A stretch of 64,000 nucleotides of DNA from Candidatus Bathyarchaeota archaeon (GCA_963726255.1 CAVSBL010000002.1:864001-928000); one strand, 5' to 3'; positions 20,460 through 30,815 are shown, counted from the first letter of the stretch. Translations and numbers: made by a program. Notes: generated by a model from the letters alone, not told the origin.

Positions 20460-21620
20460 GTGAAAATTGTGAAACTAGAGAGAAAGGCGTCCGAGAGGAA
20501 TCGACAAATCAACGTTACGATGTTTTCATCCGAGTATCCGCCGTGCTGGGGCGGAGTGGGCAAACACGTCCAGAACCTTTGCAGAAGGTTGCAACATTCC
20601 GTCAACCTAAGGCTCATCACCGCCACTTATGGACGGCCCGTTGAACAATTCGAAATCAACAACCTCGCGCGGCTTCGAGCGCGAAACTTCCCTCTCCTGC
20701 TCGCTCAGTATCTTTCGGGCCTGAGGTTCGTACGATTGAACGGGAACGAATTAGTCCACATCCACGTACCACATGCCTTTCTGCCCAGAAGGAGGAGACG
20801 AATTGTTTCGACTTTCCATGTGGTTTGGGCTGACTATTCGGATGCCCTTCGCCGTCAGCGGCCGATGTCGGTTTTTGATTTGCAACTGGCCGGAATGAAT
20901 CGCAGACTGATCATCGCTGAGAAGAAACTCGCTGACAGTTCCGAAGCCGTGATTGCGGTTTCGCAGAGCGTCAAGCATGAACTCGTTTCCCGGTATGGCA
21001 TTGACCAAGACAAGGTGCATGTTGTACATAATGGAGTGGACTTAGGGAAATCGCAACCCTCACGAAAACGCCAGAATATCTTTCTGTATATTGGTAGGCA
21101 AACGGCACACAAGGGACTGCCTTACCTCTTACAAGCATTCGGAAAATTCGCACGCAGCCACCGAAGATACGACTTAGTGATTGTGGGCGAACGCTTGGAA
21201 GGCGGCGTCGACCCATCGCTCATACGCTTATCGAACGAACTCGGCATTCGTGATAGGGTCAAGTTCGCCGGCAGACTTTCCGAAAGGCGTACGTGGGAAA
21301 TCCTTGGCCGGGCTAGGTGTCTCGTTCTTCCGTCCCTGGCTGAAGCCTTCGGCATGACTGTGTTGGAGGCGATGGCTTCAGAGACGCCTGTAATCGCCAC
21401 TCGTGTGGGTGGAATACCAGAAGTTGTCCGCAATGGGCGCAACGGGCTACTCGTTCCCCCAGGTGATGCCGACGCTCTGTCGGAGTCTATGGAGCGTATC
21501 GCCTCGGATTCGCGGCTCCGACGCAACTTGGCAGCGGAGGGTAGAAGGAGTTGTGCGCAATTCACTTGGGATGAGATGGCGAGAAGGACGATTAAAATCT
21601 ACGCCGAGGCGCTGTCGTGA
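20460..21620 (+). CDS. GT4 glycosyltransferase
   Basis: EYPP..GG, HNGVD, PSLAEAFGMTVLEAMAS, GGIPE. Confidence 0.92.
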   Translation: MKIVKLERKASERNRQINVTMFSSEYPPCWGGVGKHVQNLCRRLQHSVNLRLITATYGRPVEQFEINNLARLRARNFPLLLAQYLSGLRFVRLNGNELVHIHVPHAFLPRRRRRIVSTFHVVWADYSDALRRQRPMSVFDLQLAGMNRRLIIAEKKLADSSEAVIAVSQSVKHELVSRYGIDQDKVHVVHNGVDLGKSQPSRKRQNIFLYIGRQTAHKGLPYLLQAFGKFARSHRRYDLVIVGERLEGGVDPSLIRLSNELGIRDRVKFAGRLSERRTWEILGRARCLVLPSLAEAFGMTVLEAMASETPVIATRVGGIPEVVRNGRNGLLVPPGDADALSESMERIASDSRLRRNLAAEGRRSCAQFTWDEMARRTIKIYAEALS

Positions 21621-21743
21621 ATGGTTATCTAGCCTTGGCCAAACAGCATTCTCGACATGGCCTCTAAACCGCTTCGTATGAGGGGATCGAGGCGTAAAAT
21701 GCGCCGAGGGTTACCTTCGCTTGGCACCGTTTGGCACCACCCC

Positions 21744-23885
21744 TCAACGGGTGGATCCACCCTCTTCCTTGTGGGCGGCCTCCTTCGCTTTGACGACCAC
21801 TGTTGCCGCCGGTTTCTTGGCTTTCAGCTTGTCCACGAAACACTTAGGGCATGAAACCAGGGGGCGCCGCCCCTTCGACTTTACCTGTATTAGTTGAAAA
21901 CCGCACTCAGAGCACCGTTTTTCCGAGAGTTTTAGTGCCCCGAACTGTGGCAAAGGCAATCCGAATGTGCAGTTCTTCGCCCATTTGCCGGCGCAACCGA
22001 TGAACCGCTTTTTCGTCTTCGGGTTTCTCACAACTCTTAGCGCTGACCCGCACTGTGGGCATAGCACAAACAATGTCACCGACGCCAGCGACATGTCTCT
22101 GATTATTACCGTGAGCTCTTTGCCAACCTCTAGCTCCTTCGTCTTCAGGTCCTCGATCACGGGCTTCAGATAGGCAACAGTTTCCAGAACGACGGTTTCG
22201 CGGGTTTGTTTTCCGACTTCAATTTGCTCCATCTTGGTTTCTAGTTCCCGGGTGAAAGTTACATCAATCACTCTCGGGCAATATTTCCTCAGAATTTCTG
22301 TGACTCTGAATGCTAGGGGGGTTGCGGTGATTTGCTCTCCCTTCACATACCCGCGCTTGTAGAGAGTTTCAATTATGTCGGCGCGTGTTGCCTTCGTTCC
22401 GATCTCCGCCTCCTCCATTGTTTTCAGTAGGCTGCTCGCGTTGTAACGAGGGTGAGGTTGAGTGTACTTTTCCTCCAGTGAGAGCGTGGCCATTGTAACT
22501 TGCTGTCCCTCCTTCAACGGAGGCAGGGTAACTTCTTGGAATTTCGCGTAAGGCCCGTAGAGGTCGATCCATCCCTTCTCAAGGATTCTTGAGCCACGTA
22601 AGAAGAACAGATGCTTACCGACTTTGACCGTAGCCTTCTCGCTCTGTTTTGTAGCGGTCTTGCCGAAGGTGGAAAGAAAACGCCTTACGACCAGATCGAA
22701 GAGCTTCTGCCCCCGGGCGTCGAGTTCCCCTCTTGGGACGGCCCCAGTTGGGTACACCGCCGGGTGCGCTGGATCGTCCTTCTTTCCGTCGTTGGGGCGC
22801 AAAATTCCTGAGGCCAGAAGGCTTGACGACTCAGAGCGATAAGCACCCATCTTGCAGAGCGCTCTCAGGATTTCTTCGTAGTTGATTGAGGGAGGAAGCT
22901 TTTGGCTGGAGGTTCGCGGATAGGAGATTAATTGGTCTAAGTAGAGGCGTTCTGCGACGCTGAGCGCGATACGAGGAGTGAATCCAAAATGCCTGTACGC
23001 TTCGCTTTGAAGTGCGGATAGGTCAAATGGAGTCGGGGGCGACACTTGGTATGTTTTGGATTCAAGTTTCTCAATAACTCCCTTTTTTCCTGCGCAGTCT
23101 TTGACCACCTCCTCGGCATGCGACTTTGTATCTAACCGCTCGAACTCGTATTCAGCTTCGATGACCTTGCCGTCAACGTCGAATCCGGCCCTCAGAACCC
23201 AGTACGGTAATGGGACAAAGGTTTCGATTTCCCGTTCCCTGTCAACGACAAATCGTAGAGTTGGTCCTTGCACTCGTCCTGTGCTAAGGGTTGAATACCG
23301 GTTGCCAGCTTTGAGCGCAGATTGCGTAAGTGCGCGGGACAAATTTACGCCGTAGAGCCAATCGACCTCGTGCCGACACATCCCCGCGAAAGCGAGCGGA
23401 AAATCAAGCTCTGGCAGTGCTTTAGTGTACGATTCACGCAATTCCTTGACTGTAAGGGTTGAGAACCTCATTCGACGCGCTTTCTTGTCCGCGCCGCCAC
23501 AAGCATACTTGAGTATCGTATACCCAATCAGAGAACCCTCAATATCGTAATCGCATGCGCTGATGAAACGGTCAGCCTCTTTCGATACTTTCGAAATGGC
23601 TTCTATCCATTTCTCCTGTCTTCCTTGGCCGCGTTCCGCTAGATGCTTGGGCTTCCACGTAAGGTCCCAGACCGGGTACTGTGAACGTACCTGGGTTCCC
23701 TTGGCGGATACTGCGTATAGGTGGCCCAGCGCTGAGCAAACGAGTATGCGATCACCTGCCTCCTGGACCTCGAAGAATGGAACGCCACCCACGTTGATCT
23801 TCTTCGGACTCTGGTCGCGCGCGAGAGCCTCCGCCACGTGGAGCGCTGCATCCGGCTTTTCAGTTACGATGAGAGTTGTTGCCAC
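21744..23885 (-). CDS. topA: DNA topoisomerase IA with C-terminal Zn ribbons
   Basis: TEKP, DYDIEG, GRVQGP, ISYPRT, GTKATR. Confidence 0.96.
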   Translation of the reverse strand: MATTLIVTEKPDAALHVAEALARDQSPKKINVGGVPFFEVQEAGDRILVCSALGHLYAVSAKGTQVRSQYPVWDLTWKPKHLAERGQGRQEKWIEAISKVSKEADRFISACDYDIEGSLIGYTILKYACGGADKKARRMRFSTLTVKELRESYTKALPELDFPLAFAGMCRHEVDWLYGVNLSRALTQSALKAGNRYSTLSTGRVQGPTLRFVVDREREIETFVPLPYWVLRAGFDVDGKVIEAEYEFERLDTKSHAEEVVKDCAGKKGVIEKLESKTYQVSPPTPFDLSALQSEAYRHFGFTPRIALSVAERLYLDQLISYPRTSSQKLPPSINYEEILRALCKMGAYRSESSSLLASGILRPNDGKKDDPAHPAVYPTGAVPRGELDARGQKLFDLVVRRFLSTFGKTATKQSEKATVKVGKHLFFLRGSRILEKGWIDLYGPYAKFQEVTLPPLKEGQQVTMATLSLEEKYTQPHPRYNASSLLKTMEEAEIGTKATRADIIETLYKRGYVKGEQITATPLAFRVTEILRKYCPRVIDVTFTRELETKMEQIEVGKQTRETVVLETVAYLKPVIEDLKTKELEVGKELTVIIRDMSLASVTLFVLCPQCGSALRVVRNPKTKKRFIGCAGKWAKNCTFGLPLPQFGALKLSEKRCSECGFQLIQVKSKGRRPLVSCPKCFVDKLKAKKPAATVVVKAKEAAHKEEGGSTR

Positions 23886-24116
23886 TTAGGCCTCGCCTTT
23901 CTCGCGAAGGTATTGGATGACAGATTTCACAGCGCGGCCTGTTTCTTCTTTTTCCTCAAGCTTGTCGAAGTATTCCCTTTTGGTCAGATTGCCGCCGTAG
24001 GTTTTGCTCCAGGCGGGGTACGCGTTTTCGAGGTTAGAGCGGGCTGCTTCGTGGAAGGGGCAGAATTTCGATGGCGGTTGCCTCGCCGATCCGCAGATCG
24101 GGCAATTATCTGCCAT
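23886..24116 (-). CDS. Small Zn-finger protein abutting topA
   Basis: MADNCPICG...FCPFH; stop is adjacent to the topA start. Confidence 0.75.
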   Translation of the reverse strand: MADNCPICGSARQPPSKFCPFHEAARSNLENAYPAWSKTYGGNLTKREYFDKLEEKEETGRAVKSVIQYLREKGEA

Positions 24117-24195
24117 ACTGTTTGCCGTCGTGATTCGACCATCGCTAAACGGCGACGGAGCCCTTTTAGGCCTTATTGCCTCGACTTTGCGAGCT

Positions 24196-24756
24196 TCACC
24201 GCAGCTTCCGAGGTCGCCTTGCAATCCTTGCACATGCCCAGGCGACAACAACCATGGCCGCGGTGGCGAGGATTTGCGATATGGAGTACTGCCAAAGTGG
24301 GTCCAGGGTCATGATCGACTCTTGTGCGTTCAGCAGTGACCGACCCAGGCCTAGAACTTGGGGAAGACTCCGCCCGACTTTACTCAGTTTGGCCCAGAAC
24401 CAAACAGAACCAACAAGGTAAGGAACGTACAGAACCAATACGAAGGCCATGACTGAGAGAACGATTGCCCGCATCAAACGAGCGCCCGCGAGCGGGTCAG
24501 TTTCGGGTCCGGCTCGCCGAGGAAAAATCTTCGCCGAGACCTCGAACCAAGCGATCAACGTCACTAAGAAGACACCGATGACGGGCAGCCATTGAATTGG
24601 AAGAGCGAATTTGAAGCCGCCGACCTCTAAGGTCTGTATCTTGACTTCGAAGTTGTACGAGGTAATGTAAAACATGTAAAACCAGTCCAACGCGGCGATG
24701 ATCAGTGAAATTCCTAGCACGACAGGCGACTTTGCGCGGTAGATGCTTGAGGCCAT
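24196..24756 (-). CDS. Membrane protein
   Basis: About four TM segments, ATG start. Confidence 0.7.
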   Translation of the reverse strand: MASSIYRAKSPVVLGISLIIAALDWFYMFYITSYNFEVKIQTLEVGGFKFALPIQWLPVIGVFLVTLIAWFEVSAKIFPRRAGPETDPLAGARLMRAIVLSVMAFVLVLYVPYLVGSVWFWAKLSKVGRSLPQVLGLGRSLLNAQESIMTLDPLWQYSISQILATAAMVVVAWACARIARRPRKLR

Positions 24757-24862
24757 GAACAGACTTCCTAAGCGGTTGTGTGTGTTACGGTTTTGGTACC
24801 GTAACGGCCTATTGCTATAAAGAATATCTTAATCGAGCCGCATACTAACAACAAGAGCCTGA

Positions 24863-26497
24863 TTGAATTTGGGGACCCGTACGAAGCTCGAGGTCGTGGG
24901 CCGGGGAACATGGCTCGACATGGTTGCCCATCGGGTCCTTCAGCGCGAAGAACAGCTTGGTAGAAAAGTCGACGTGTTGAGAACGGAGAGCGGCCTGGGA
25001 GCTTCAGGAATTCCTCACATCGGCAGCCTAGGCGACGTGATTCGGGCTTACGGGGTTAAGCTTGCTCTCGATACCCAGGGAAGAAAGGCGGAATTCATCG
25101 CCTATTCCGACGACTTGGACGGGCTGAGAAAGGTTCCCTCTGGGATGCCTGATTCGCTCAAGAAGTATCTGGGGCACCCAGTGTCAGCGATCCCGGACCC
25201 ATACAATTGCCATGAGAGTTACGGTTTGCACATGAACTCTCTGTTGAGGGAAGCGATGGACAAGTGCGGAGTTGAGTACGTTTTCCATTCAGCGACAGAG
25301 GATTACAGAAAGGGAATATTCACAACGCAGATTCGGAAGATACTGCTCGAAGCCGACCGTGTCGGGAAGATTGTGAAGGAGGAGGTTGGGCAAGAGAAGT
25401 TTACCGCGGCCCTGCCATACTTTCCTATTTGTGGTTCCTGTGGAAGGATCTACACGACACGAAGCCTTGAGTTCGAACCAGGAACGGACAAGGTTCAGTA
25501 TGTCTGCGAAGGCGGGTCGGAGATTAAAGGGCAGACGCTCCAGGGATGCGGCTACAAAGGCGAAGTAGACTTCAAAGAAGGCCGTGGAAAGGTCCCATGG
25601 AAAGCCGAATTCGCTGTTCGCTGGGACGGATTGAAGATAAACTTCGAGGCACACGGCAAAGAGCTCATAGATTCAGTTCGAATCAACGACAGAGTATGCG
25701 AGGAAATCTTAGGCTCACCCCCACCGTACCATGTCCGCTACGAACTATTCCTCGATAAAGGCGGCAAGAAGATTTCTAAGTCGAAATCAGCGATTGATGT
25801 AATGACGCCGCAGACTTGGTTCAAGTACGCTCCTCCAACATCACTCAATTTGCTCATGTTCAAGCGCATCACTGGGGCGCGTAGCGTCGGAGTTGAAGAC
25901 ATACCGACCTACGCGAATGAACTGGACTATCTGGAACAAATCTACTTCAATATCAAGAAGGCGAACGATGAGAAGGAAGGCGCGAAACTTAGAGGCCTCT
26001 ATGAATACTCATGGTTCCTGAAACCGCCCTCTGCCCCTGGCACCCACTTACCGTACAATCTCCTCGTGTACTTGGTGACAATAGCGCCGCCTGAGAGGAG
26101 AAGGGAATACGTTGAATCGAAGCTTCGCGAATACGGCTACTTGAAAACCCAACCGTCATCCGATTTCCAGCAGAGACTAGACTATGCGGTGAATTGGGCG
26201 AAGGACTTCACTCAGATACCTGAAACACGAATGGCGATCACCGGCCCCCAGAAGTTGGCGATTGAAGACCTCATCTCGGTCGTTAAGTCGGAGACTGACG
26301 AAAGGATTATTCAAAATTCAATATTCAACATCGCCAAACGTTACTCGCTTGACCCACCCGAGTTTTTCAGACTGCTCTACACGATTCTACTGGGTTCCCC
26401 GAAAGGGCCGAGGTTGGGCCCATACATCAAAGCTATGGGAAGCGCGAACGTCGCAAGCGCTTTAGAGAGGGCAATCGAAAATTCCAAACAAACCTGA
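24863..26497 (+). CDS. lysS: Class I lysyl-tRNA synthetase
   Basis: SGIPHIGS, DDLDGLRKVP, EAHGKE, KISKS, GPRLG. Confidence 0.96.
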   Translation: MNLGTRTKLEVVGRGTWLDMVAHRVLQREEQLGRKVDVLRTESGLGASGIPHIGSLGDVIRAYGVKLALDTQGRKAEFIAYSDDLDGLRKVPSGMPDSLKKYLGHPVSAIPDPYNCHESYGLHMNSLLREAMDKCGVEYVFHSATEDYRKGIFTTQIRKILLEADRVGKIVKEEVGQEKFTAALPYFPICGSCGRIYTTRSLEFEPGTDKVQYVCEGGSEIKGQTLQGCGYKGEVDFKEGRGKVPWKAEFAVRWDGLKINFEAHGKELIDSVRINDRVCEEILGSPPPYHVRYELFLDKGGKKISKSKSAIDVMTPQTWFKYAPPTSLNLLMFKRITGARSVGVEDIPTYANELDYLEQIYFNIKKANDEKEGAKLRGLYEYSWFLKPPSAPGTHLPYNLLVYLVTIAPPERRREYVESKLREYGYLKTQPSSDFQQRLDYAVNWAKDFTQIPETRMAITGPQKLAIEDLISVVKSETDERIIQNSIFNIAKRYSLDPPEFFRLLYTILLGSPKGPRLGPYIKAMGSANVASALERAIENSKQT

Positions 26498-26548
26498 CCT
26501 CTTTCGCTCCCAACAATTCTTTAACCACAAACCGCAATCACCCCCCCT

Positions 26549-26679
26549 GGGCCCGTAGTCTAGTCAGGATTAGGACGCTGAGAGACTCACAACAGATCTC
26601 ACGTAAGCCTGCGGACAGGTACCGCAAAGACCTGACAGCAAGCCGGAGGTCCGGGGTTCGAATCCCCGCGGGCCCGCCA
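26549..26679 (+). tRNA. tRNA-Arg(GCG) with two introns: 26581..26606 at 29/30 and 26615..26640 at 37/38
   Basis: Acceptor GGGCCCG/CGGGCCC-G-CCA; T arm CGGGG-TTCGAAT-CCCCG; splicing both BHB motifs yields CTGGC-CTGCGGA-GCCGG. Confidence 0.9.
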
Positions 26680-26817
26680 CGTTTCTTGGGGTTGCGAGAA
26701 GTGAAAATCTTGACCTCTCTTTCCAAGTATGTTTGGGAGTAATACTTTCGACAGGTTGAAAATCATACGATTACTTTTATTCGCAGACCGCCAATTCACA
26801 ACTCGTAGTGTGGGTAA

Positions 26818-26913
26818 ATGAGCAAGTCGGACGGCCTCGAGGAACTAATGTCCCTCGGGTCATACCAGAAGAAAATGTCTAGATTCAAGAAGCTCATGAG
26901 CCTCCTGCTCTAG
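26818..26913 (+). CDS. Possible 31-aa peptide
   Basis: MSKSDGLEELMSLGSYQKKMSRFKKLMSLLL*; no recognised family. Confidence 0.3.
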   Translation: MSKSDGLEELMSLGSYQKKMSRFKKLMSLLL

Positions 26914-27091
26914 ACATAGGGACTCTAAGCTTCGCTGTAGCCCACACCCTAAACCCTAGAGCTGCATTCCGAATTTCGTGAACCTAAGCCTGATTCAAAG
27001 TTACGCCAGAATGACTTCAAACAACAGCCAAATTACATGTACTGAAACTGAAAACTAGAACGTAGGGAGAAGCCCGAAAAAGGCGGGCCGA

Positions 27092-27268
27092 TTAACCTCG
27101 CATGGCTCGCATGTAATTTTGACCAGGTTTACGGCCTAAGTCAAAGCGTTTCTCGGAATTCCGCCTAACCCTCATCTTAGGAATCAGGGAGTGGCGTTCG
27201 CGCGCCGGGACCTTGGGGGTTTGGGAACGAACCTTCCCAGCCTTGGTCAATGATCCGTGAGTTGGTAA
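27092..27268 (-). CDS. rps30e: 30S ribosomal protein eS30 (absent from the ORF track; TTA at the start position)
   Basis: Manual translation (L)PTHGSLTKAGKVRSQTPKVPARERHSLIPKMRVRRNSEKRF...; GGAGGTG SD upstream. Confidence 0.93.
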   Translation of the reverse strand, partial: LPTHGSLTKAGKVRSQTPKVPARERHSLIPKMRVRRNSEKRFDLGRKPGQNYMRAMRG

Positions 27269-27460
27269 CCCTTACACCTCCGCTGCCTAGGAGCGAAAGG
27301 GATTGCCATCGTATATAGTCTTTTCACACTCATCAACCAGTCCCCAAGAACTGCCCCGTAGACTGTTGCTTCATCGGTCATGATTTAGGCAACTTTGGTT
27401 GCGCTGCCCTGCGACGATTTTGACAACCCTTAAATTCACTCGAGGCCGGCGCCTACAGGA

Positions 27461-27619
27461 ATGGGTGCTACGTTGAGTCGTTGTTCCGGTTTTATGTGTG
27501 TAAGCCCTGGGCATTGGACTTGTTCTGAATGTGGCCACGAGTATTGCTTCTTCCATGCAACAACCCATGGCCACGAGCAGCGATCTGTACCTGAACAGGT
27601 TGTCGCAGTAGGCGCGTAG
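27461..27619 (+). CDS. AN1-like zinc-finger microprotein (52 aa)
   Basis: MGATLSRCSGFMCVSPGHWTCSECGHEYCFFHATTHGH... Confidence 0.6.
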   Translation: MGATLSRCSGFMCVSPGHWTCSECGHEYCFFHATTHGHEQRSVPEQVVAVGA

Positions 27620-27635
27620 ATTCCGCGCAGCCCTG

Positions 27636-29098
27636 TTAGGCTAAGGCGAATTGGTTTTCGAAAAAGTAACGCGTCGCCCCAAGTGTTTGAACCTCTAATG
27701 GCCTAACGTTCACTACGAGCGGAAAGTTAGCTACGACATCTCCAATCACTAAGCAGCGGTGCGGCGGCAAGTCGCGCACAATCATTCTTATCGTGTCCGC
27801 GTCTACCTTAGCGACTTTCGAAACTATCTCCAAATCATGTTCGTTGCTGAAGTTGAAGAGAAAAATGTTGTCGGCCTGGCGGTATATGCTACTCTGAATC
27901 GTGTCTGGTTGGTTGGTGATGAAGGTGGTGAACAAGCCTAGGTGCCGCATCCGCGTGACTACATCGTCCCAGTATGTTTCCCGGAGGTAAAGGTGGGCTT
28001 CTTCAGCGAACAGGAATAGCGCCCGCAGCCTCTGACTCGAGAGGAGGTCCGTGAGTTTGCTGATCAGCAGCTCGACTGTGATTCTCCGAAGCGCCGAATA
28101 CTGATCTTTCATGTTTACGATGAGAGCGCAGCCGTCGGCGTGGTTCCTGAAAACATCTTCAAGGTTAAGGGCAGTTCGTGCATCGTCCGTAAAGATGCCT
28201 GAATCTTCAAGTGTGTTGTACCTAGCTTGAAGGGCGTCCTTGATGCTTTCATGGCAGTCGAAGCTCGCGATTGCTGCACCTAGGCCGCTCATTGTGAGTT
28301 GGTTCTGTTCTTCGAGCTCATGCCAAATGCGGGCGAATACACGCGCCGAATTCTCCGGCAGCGAAAGGGCGTAGATCAGCGTCCCAAGGAGCGTACTCAA
28401 GCCGACTTGCTTCAAGCTGAACCTCAGGTTCAAGCCAGGGATCAAGGAAATGATCTTGGGTGAAAGGTGCATCTGCCGGCCGTCCGGCGTCTGTCCCAGG
28501 TTCACGTATTCTCCGTTGACGTCAAGGACGACGATGGGGGCACCCTCTTGTACCAAGCTGGTCACGAGAAGTTTCGTAAGGTGCGACTTACCCGTTCCCT
28601 TCCGCCCCGTAACAATGTTGAGCCGGCCATCCAACGCGCTGAGGTCGGATGACAGGTGGCGGATTCGACGCGTAGAGCCTAGCTCGAAAGAATGCTTCGC
28701 TGCGAGGGCCTCGATAAGGAATTTTGGCGGCATCACTTCAACCTGGGAGTGGTTTCTTGAAGGCAGCCAGGAAACGTCTCGACTGATTCGGCCCTCTTCA
28801 AGTGCTCCCGTATCTTTCCTAGAAGTAACCTCGTATCTTTGAGAACTGTGATTTGAGAAGATACCTTGAACGGGTCAACCTCGTCACCGGAGAGTGAACC
28901 CTCTGATATGCCATCCCGGAGAAGGTCTTCCAGGATGCCCGGGATGTTTGCGTATTCAATGTCGATTATCTGAACGATGAGAGAGCGTTCCTTGATCTTG
29001 TCGGTGATGAGTAAGTAGTCGCCTTTCTCCACTTCCTCCTCGGGGAAGCAGAGAAGTTGTATGCTGTCCCCTTCTTTGCGGAGGATTTTCAATGCCAT
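27636..29098 (-). CDS. HerA/DUF87 ATPase; one-base frameshift near 28818
   Basis: HAS-barrel-like N-terminus (ORF 28733..29107) joins GRKGTGKS Walker A, LFAEEAH Walker B, RMRHLG, TNQP. Confidence 0.87.
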
Positions 29099-30204
29099 GC
29101 CTCCCAAGCGGTCCCGAACGGGCCGAAGAGCGACCGGCGCAAGGCCAGTTTCGGTATCAGTTGTACGCCATAACGCGCGGCCGCAAAGGCTTGCATTGCT
29201 AACACGTCAGTGGCCGTGAAAGTTGAGATAATGTGTGCCATTCGGAGGGTTTCAGGATAGCCTTGGTCAACGATGTCCGTACCCGCCAATTCGCGAAAAC
29301 CCTTCATTGTTTCAGGTATCGAGATTCCCCGGTCCACATCCATTCTGAACGGGAACCCTGACCTTGCAAGCTTGCCAACGAACACACGGCCTAGGAAACG
29401 GACCGGGTACGGGGGAAACTGATCGGTGACTTGTTCGTCAACTCCCAAGATGCAGGGTTCTGACTTGCCCTCGAGAAGTTCAGTCAGCGACCGATTGTTG
29501 ATTCGCAGTTTAGTTTTCTTAGAGATGGCAATTACAGCACTTCCAGCTCGCCGGGCGGTTTCGAGGATTCGTTCGAGGTCCTTCGAGGGATTGTCGGGCG
29601 TCCCCGCGGTCAGCGAACCGTCAAGCAGGATGAACCCGTCCGCAATCGATGTACACGCGTTGAATTGCAGCCACCGTTCCAGAACGTTTCGTATTCGCTT
29701 GAGAAGGCTGTCGACATTTGGCTCGCCAGCGAAAGGCGGTAACCCTAACCCTGCGAAATCCTGAGAAGCGGCCAAATTGTTGTAACCGATTGAAAAGACG
29801 AGCGGCCCATACCTCACGTACCTGTAGTGTTTACCCTCAAGTATAACAAGGGCTCCCCTTACCGCGCAAAGCGCGCCGTCGACCATCTCGCCGAGCTTAA
29901 TGGTGGAGGTATCGACCGCAACAACTGGCCGAGTTGACGGTATTGGTTCTAGCCGAACGAGCTGCTCGTCGTCGAACGCGTTTAGTTCTAGCGTGGAGGC
30001 TTCGGCGCCGTCGTACTCTGTGGTAGCTAGGTCGGGCGAAAGGACGGGGTCGGTGTAGATGAGGTTGCCCCTTATGCCTTCGATTGAGTGTCGGCAAAAT
30101 TCGATGAAACGCTCTGGTATAGCTCCGCTGAGCGAATCCTCCTCGTAGAGAAAGTTACTTATCCTCTGTTGCGCATTCGAGGTTGGGTGGGTGCGGCGGT
30201 TCAT
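29089..30204 (-). CDS. nurA: NurA-family nuclease
   Basis: VAVDTS, ILLDGSL, ISKKT, GYPETLRMAH; overlaps the herA start. Confidence 0.85.
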   Translation of the reverse strand: MNRRTHPTSNAQQRISNFLYEEDSLSGAIPERFIEFCRHSIEGIRGNLIYTDPVLSPDLATTEYDGAEASTLELNAFDDEQLVRLEPIPSTRPVVAVDTSTIKLGEMVDGALCAVRGALVILEGKHYRYVRYGPLVFSIGYNNLAASQDFAGLGLPPFAGEPNVDSLLKRIRNVLERWLQFNACTSIADGFILLDGSLTAGTPDNPSKDLERILETARRAGSAVIAISKKTKLRINNRSLTELLEGKSEPCILGVDEQVTDQFPPYPVRFLGRVFVGKLARSGFPFRMDVDRGISIPETMKGFRELAGTDIVDQGYPETLRMAHIISTFTATDVLAMQAFAAARYGVQLIPKLALRRSLFGPFGTAWEAWH

Positions 30205-30299
30205 TTCACTCTCGCCCCCTATGCGGTGGGATTCCCCCGAATCTCCCGCAGCCGCCGCACCACTCCGTTATGAGTGGCATGAGTTTACGAGACACCCCG

Positions 30300-30815
30300 C
30301 TACTGTGAGGTACCCCCTTTCGGAGAAACGCTGGATAGAGAGTTCTCCAGATCCATCAGCCCTTTCGAGGTGGCTCGATATTTCCCCCTCTCCGCCCGAT
30401 CGATAAGTCCGGATTTCTGAAGTTCGACTATAACGTTCCTAATCGTCTTGGGCGCCTTGCCAACCCCGGTGGCGATTTCCTCAATGCTAAGCGAGTCCCC
30501 GTCACGCTTACCCATCTTACCCGCCAAGTGAGCCATGAACAGAACAATCAAAATCGCCCTTTCGGCAGGGAGACCGTTTCTAACCAGAAGGAGCTGGCCC
30601 GTGTTAGTCATCTTCGCGAAATCGGAAATCTTGTCAGCCAAACCGGCCAGGTCAGGCACGTACACCAACTTCCTAGCCAGGTCGTAGGCTGGAACTGCTT
30701 GCGAGAGGAATTGAAGAATCTGCGGAACAATCTCTTCGACCGAACCGCTTCCATCGTAACGCATACCGTTTACTTCAATCTGAACCGTGATTTGCATGGT
30801 TTCGGCTTGCGTCAT
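30300..30815 (-). CDS. Winged-helix protein (paralog A)
   Basis: LSIEEIATGVGKAPKTIRNVIVELQKSGLIDRAERGKYRAT. Confidence 0.8.
   Translation of the reverse strand: MTQAETMQITVQIEVNGMRYDGSGSVEEIVPQILQFLSQAVPAYDLARKLVYVPDLAGLADKISDFAKMTNTGQLLLVRNGLPAERAILIVLFMAHLAGKMGKRDGDSLSIEEIATGVGKAPKTIRNVIVELQKSGLIDRAERGKYRATSKGLMDLENSLSSVSPKGGTSQ

Noticed and set aside
26947-26958. CCCTAAACCCTA resembling a telomerase template or telomeric repeat
   Set aside because: Single 12-nt occurrence, no reverse transcriptase in the window; chance is sufficient.
26680-27635. Large ncRNA (RNase P or SRP) in the apparent ORF-free gap
   Set aside because: The gap is largely explained by rps30e and small ORFs; no RNase P or SRP signature recognised.
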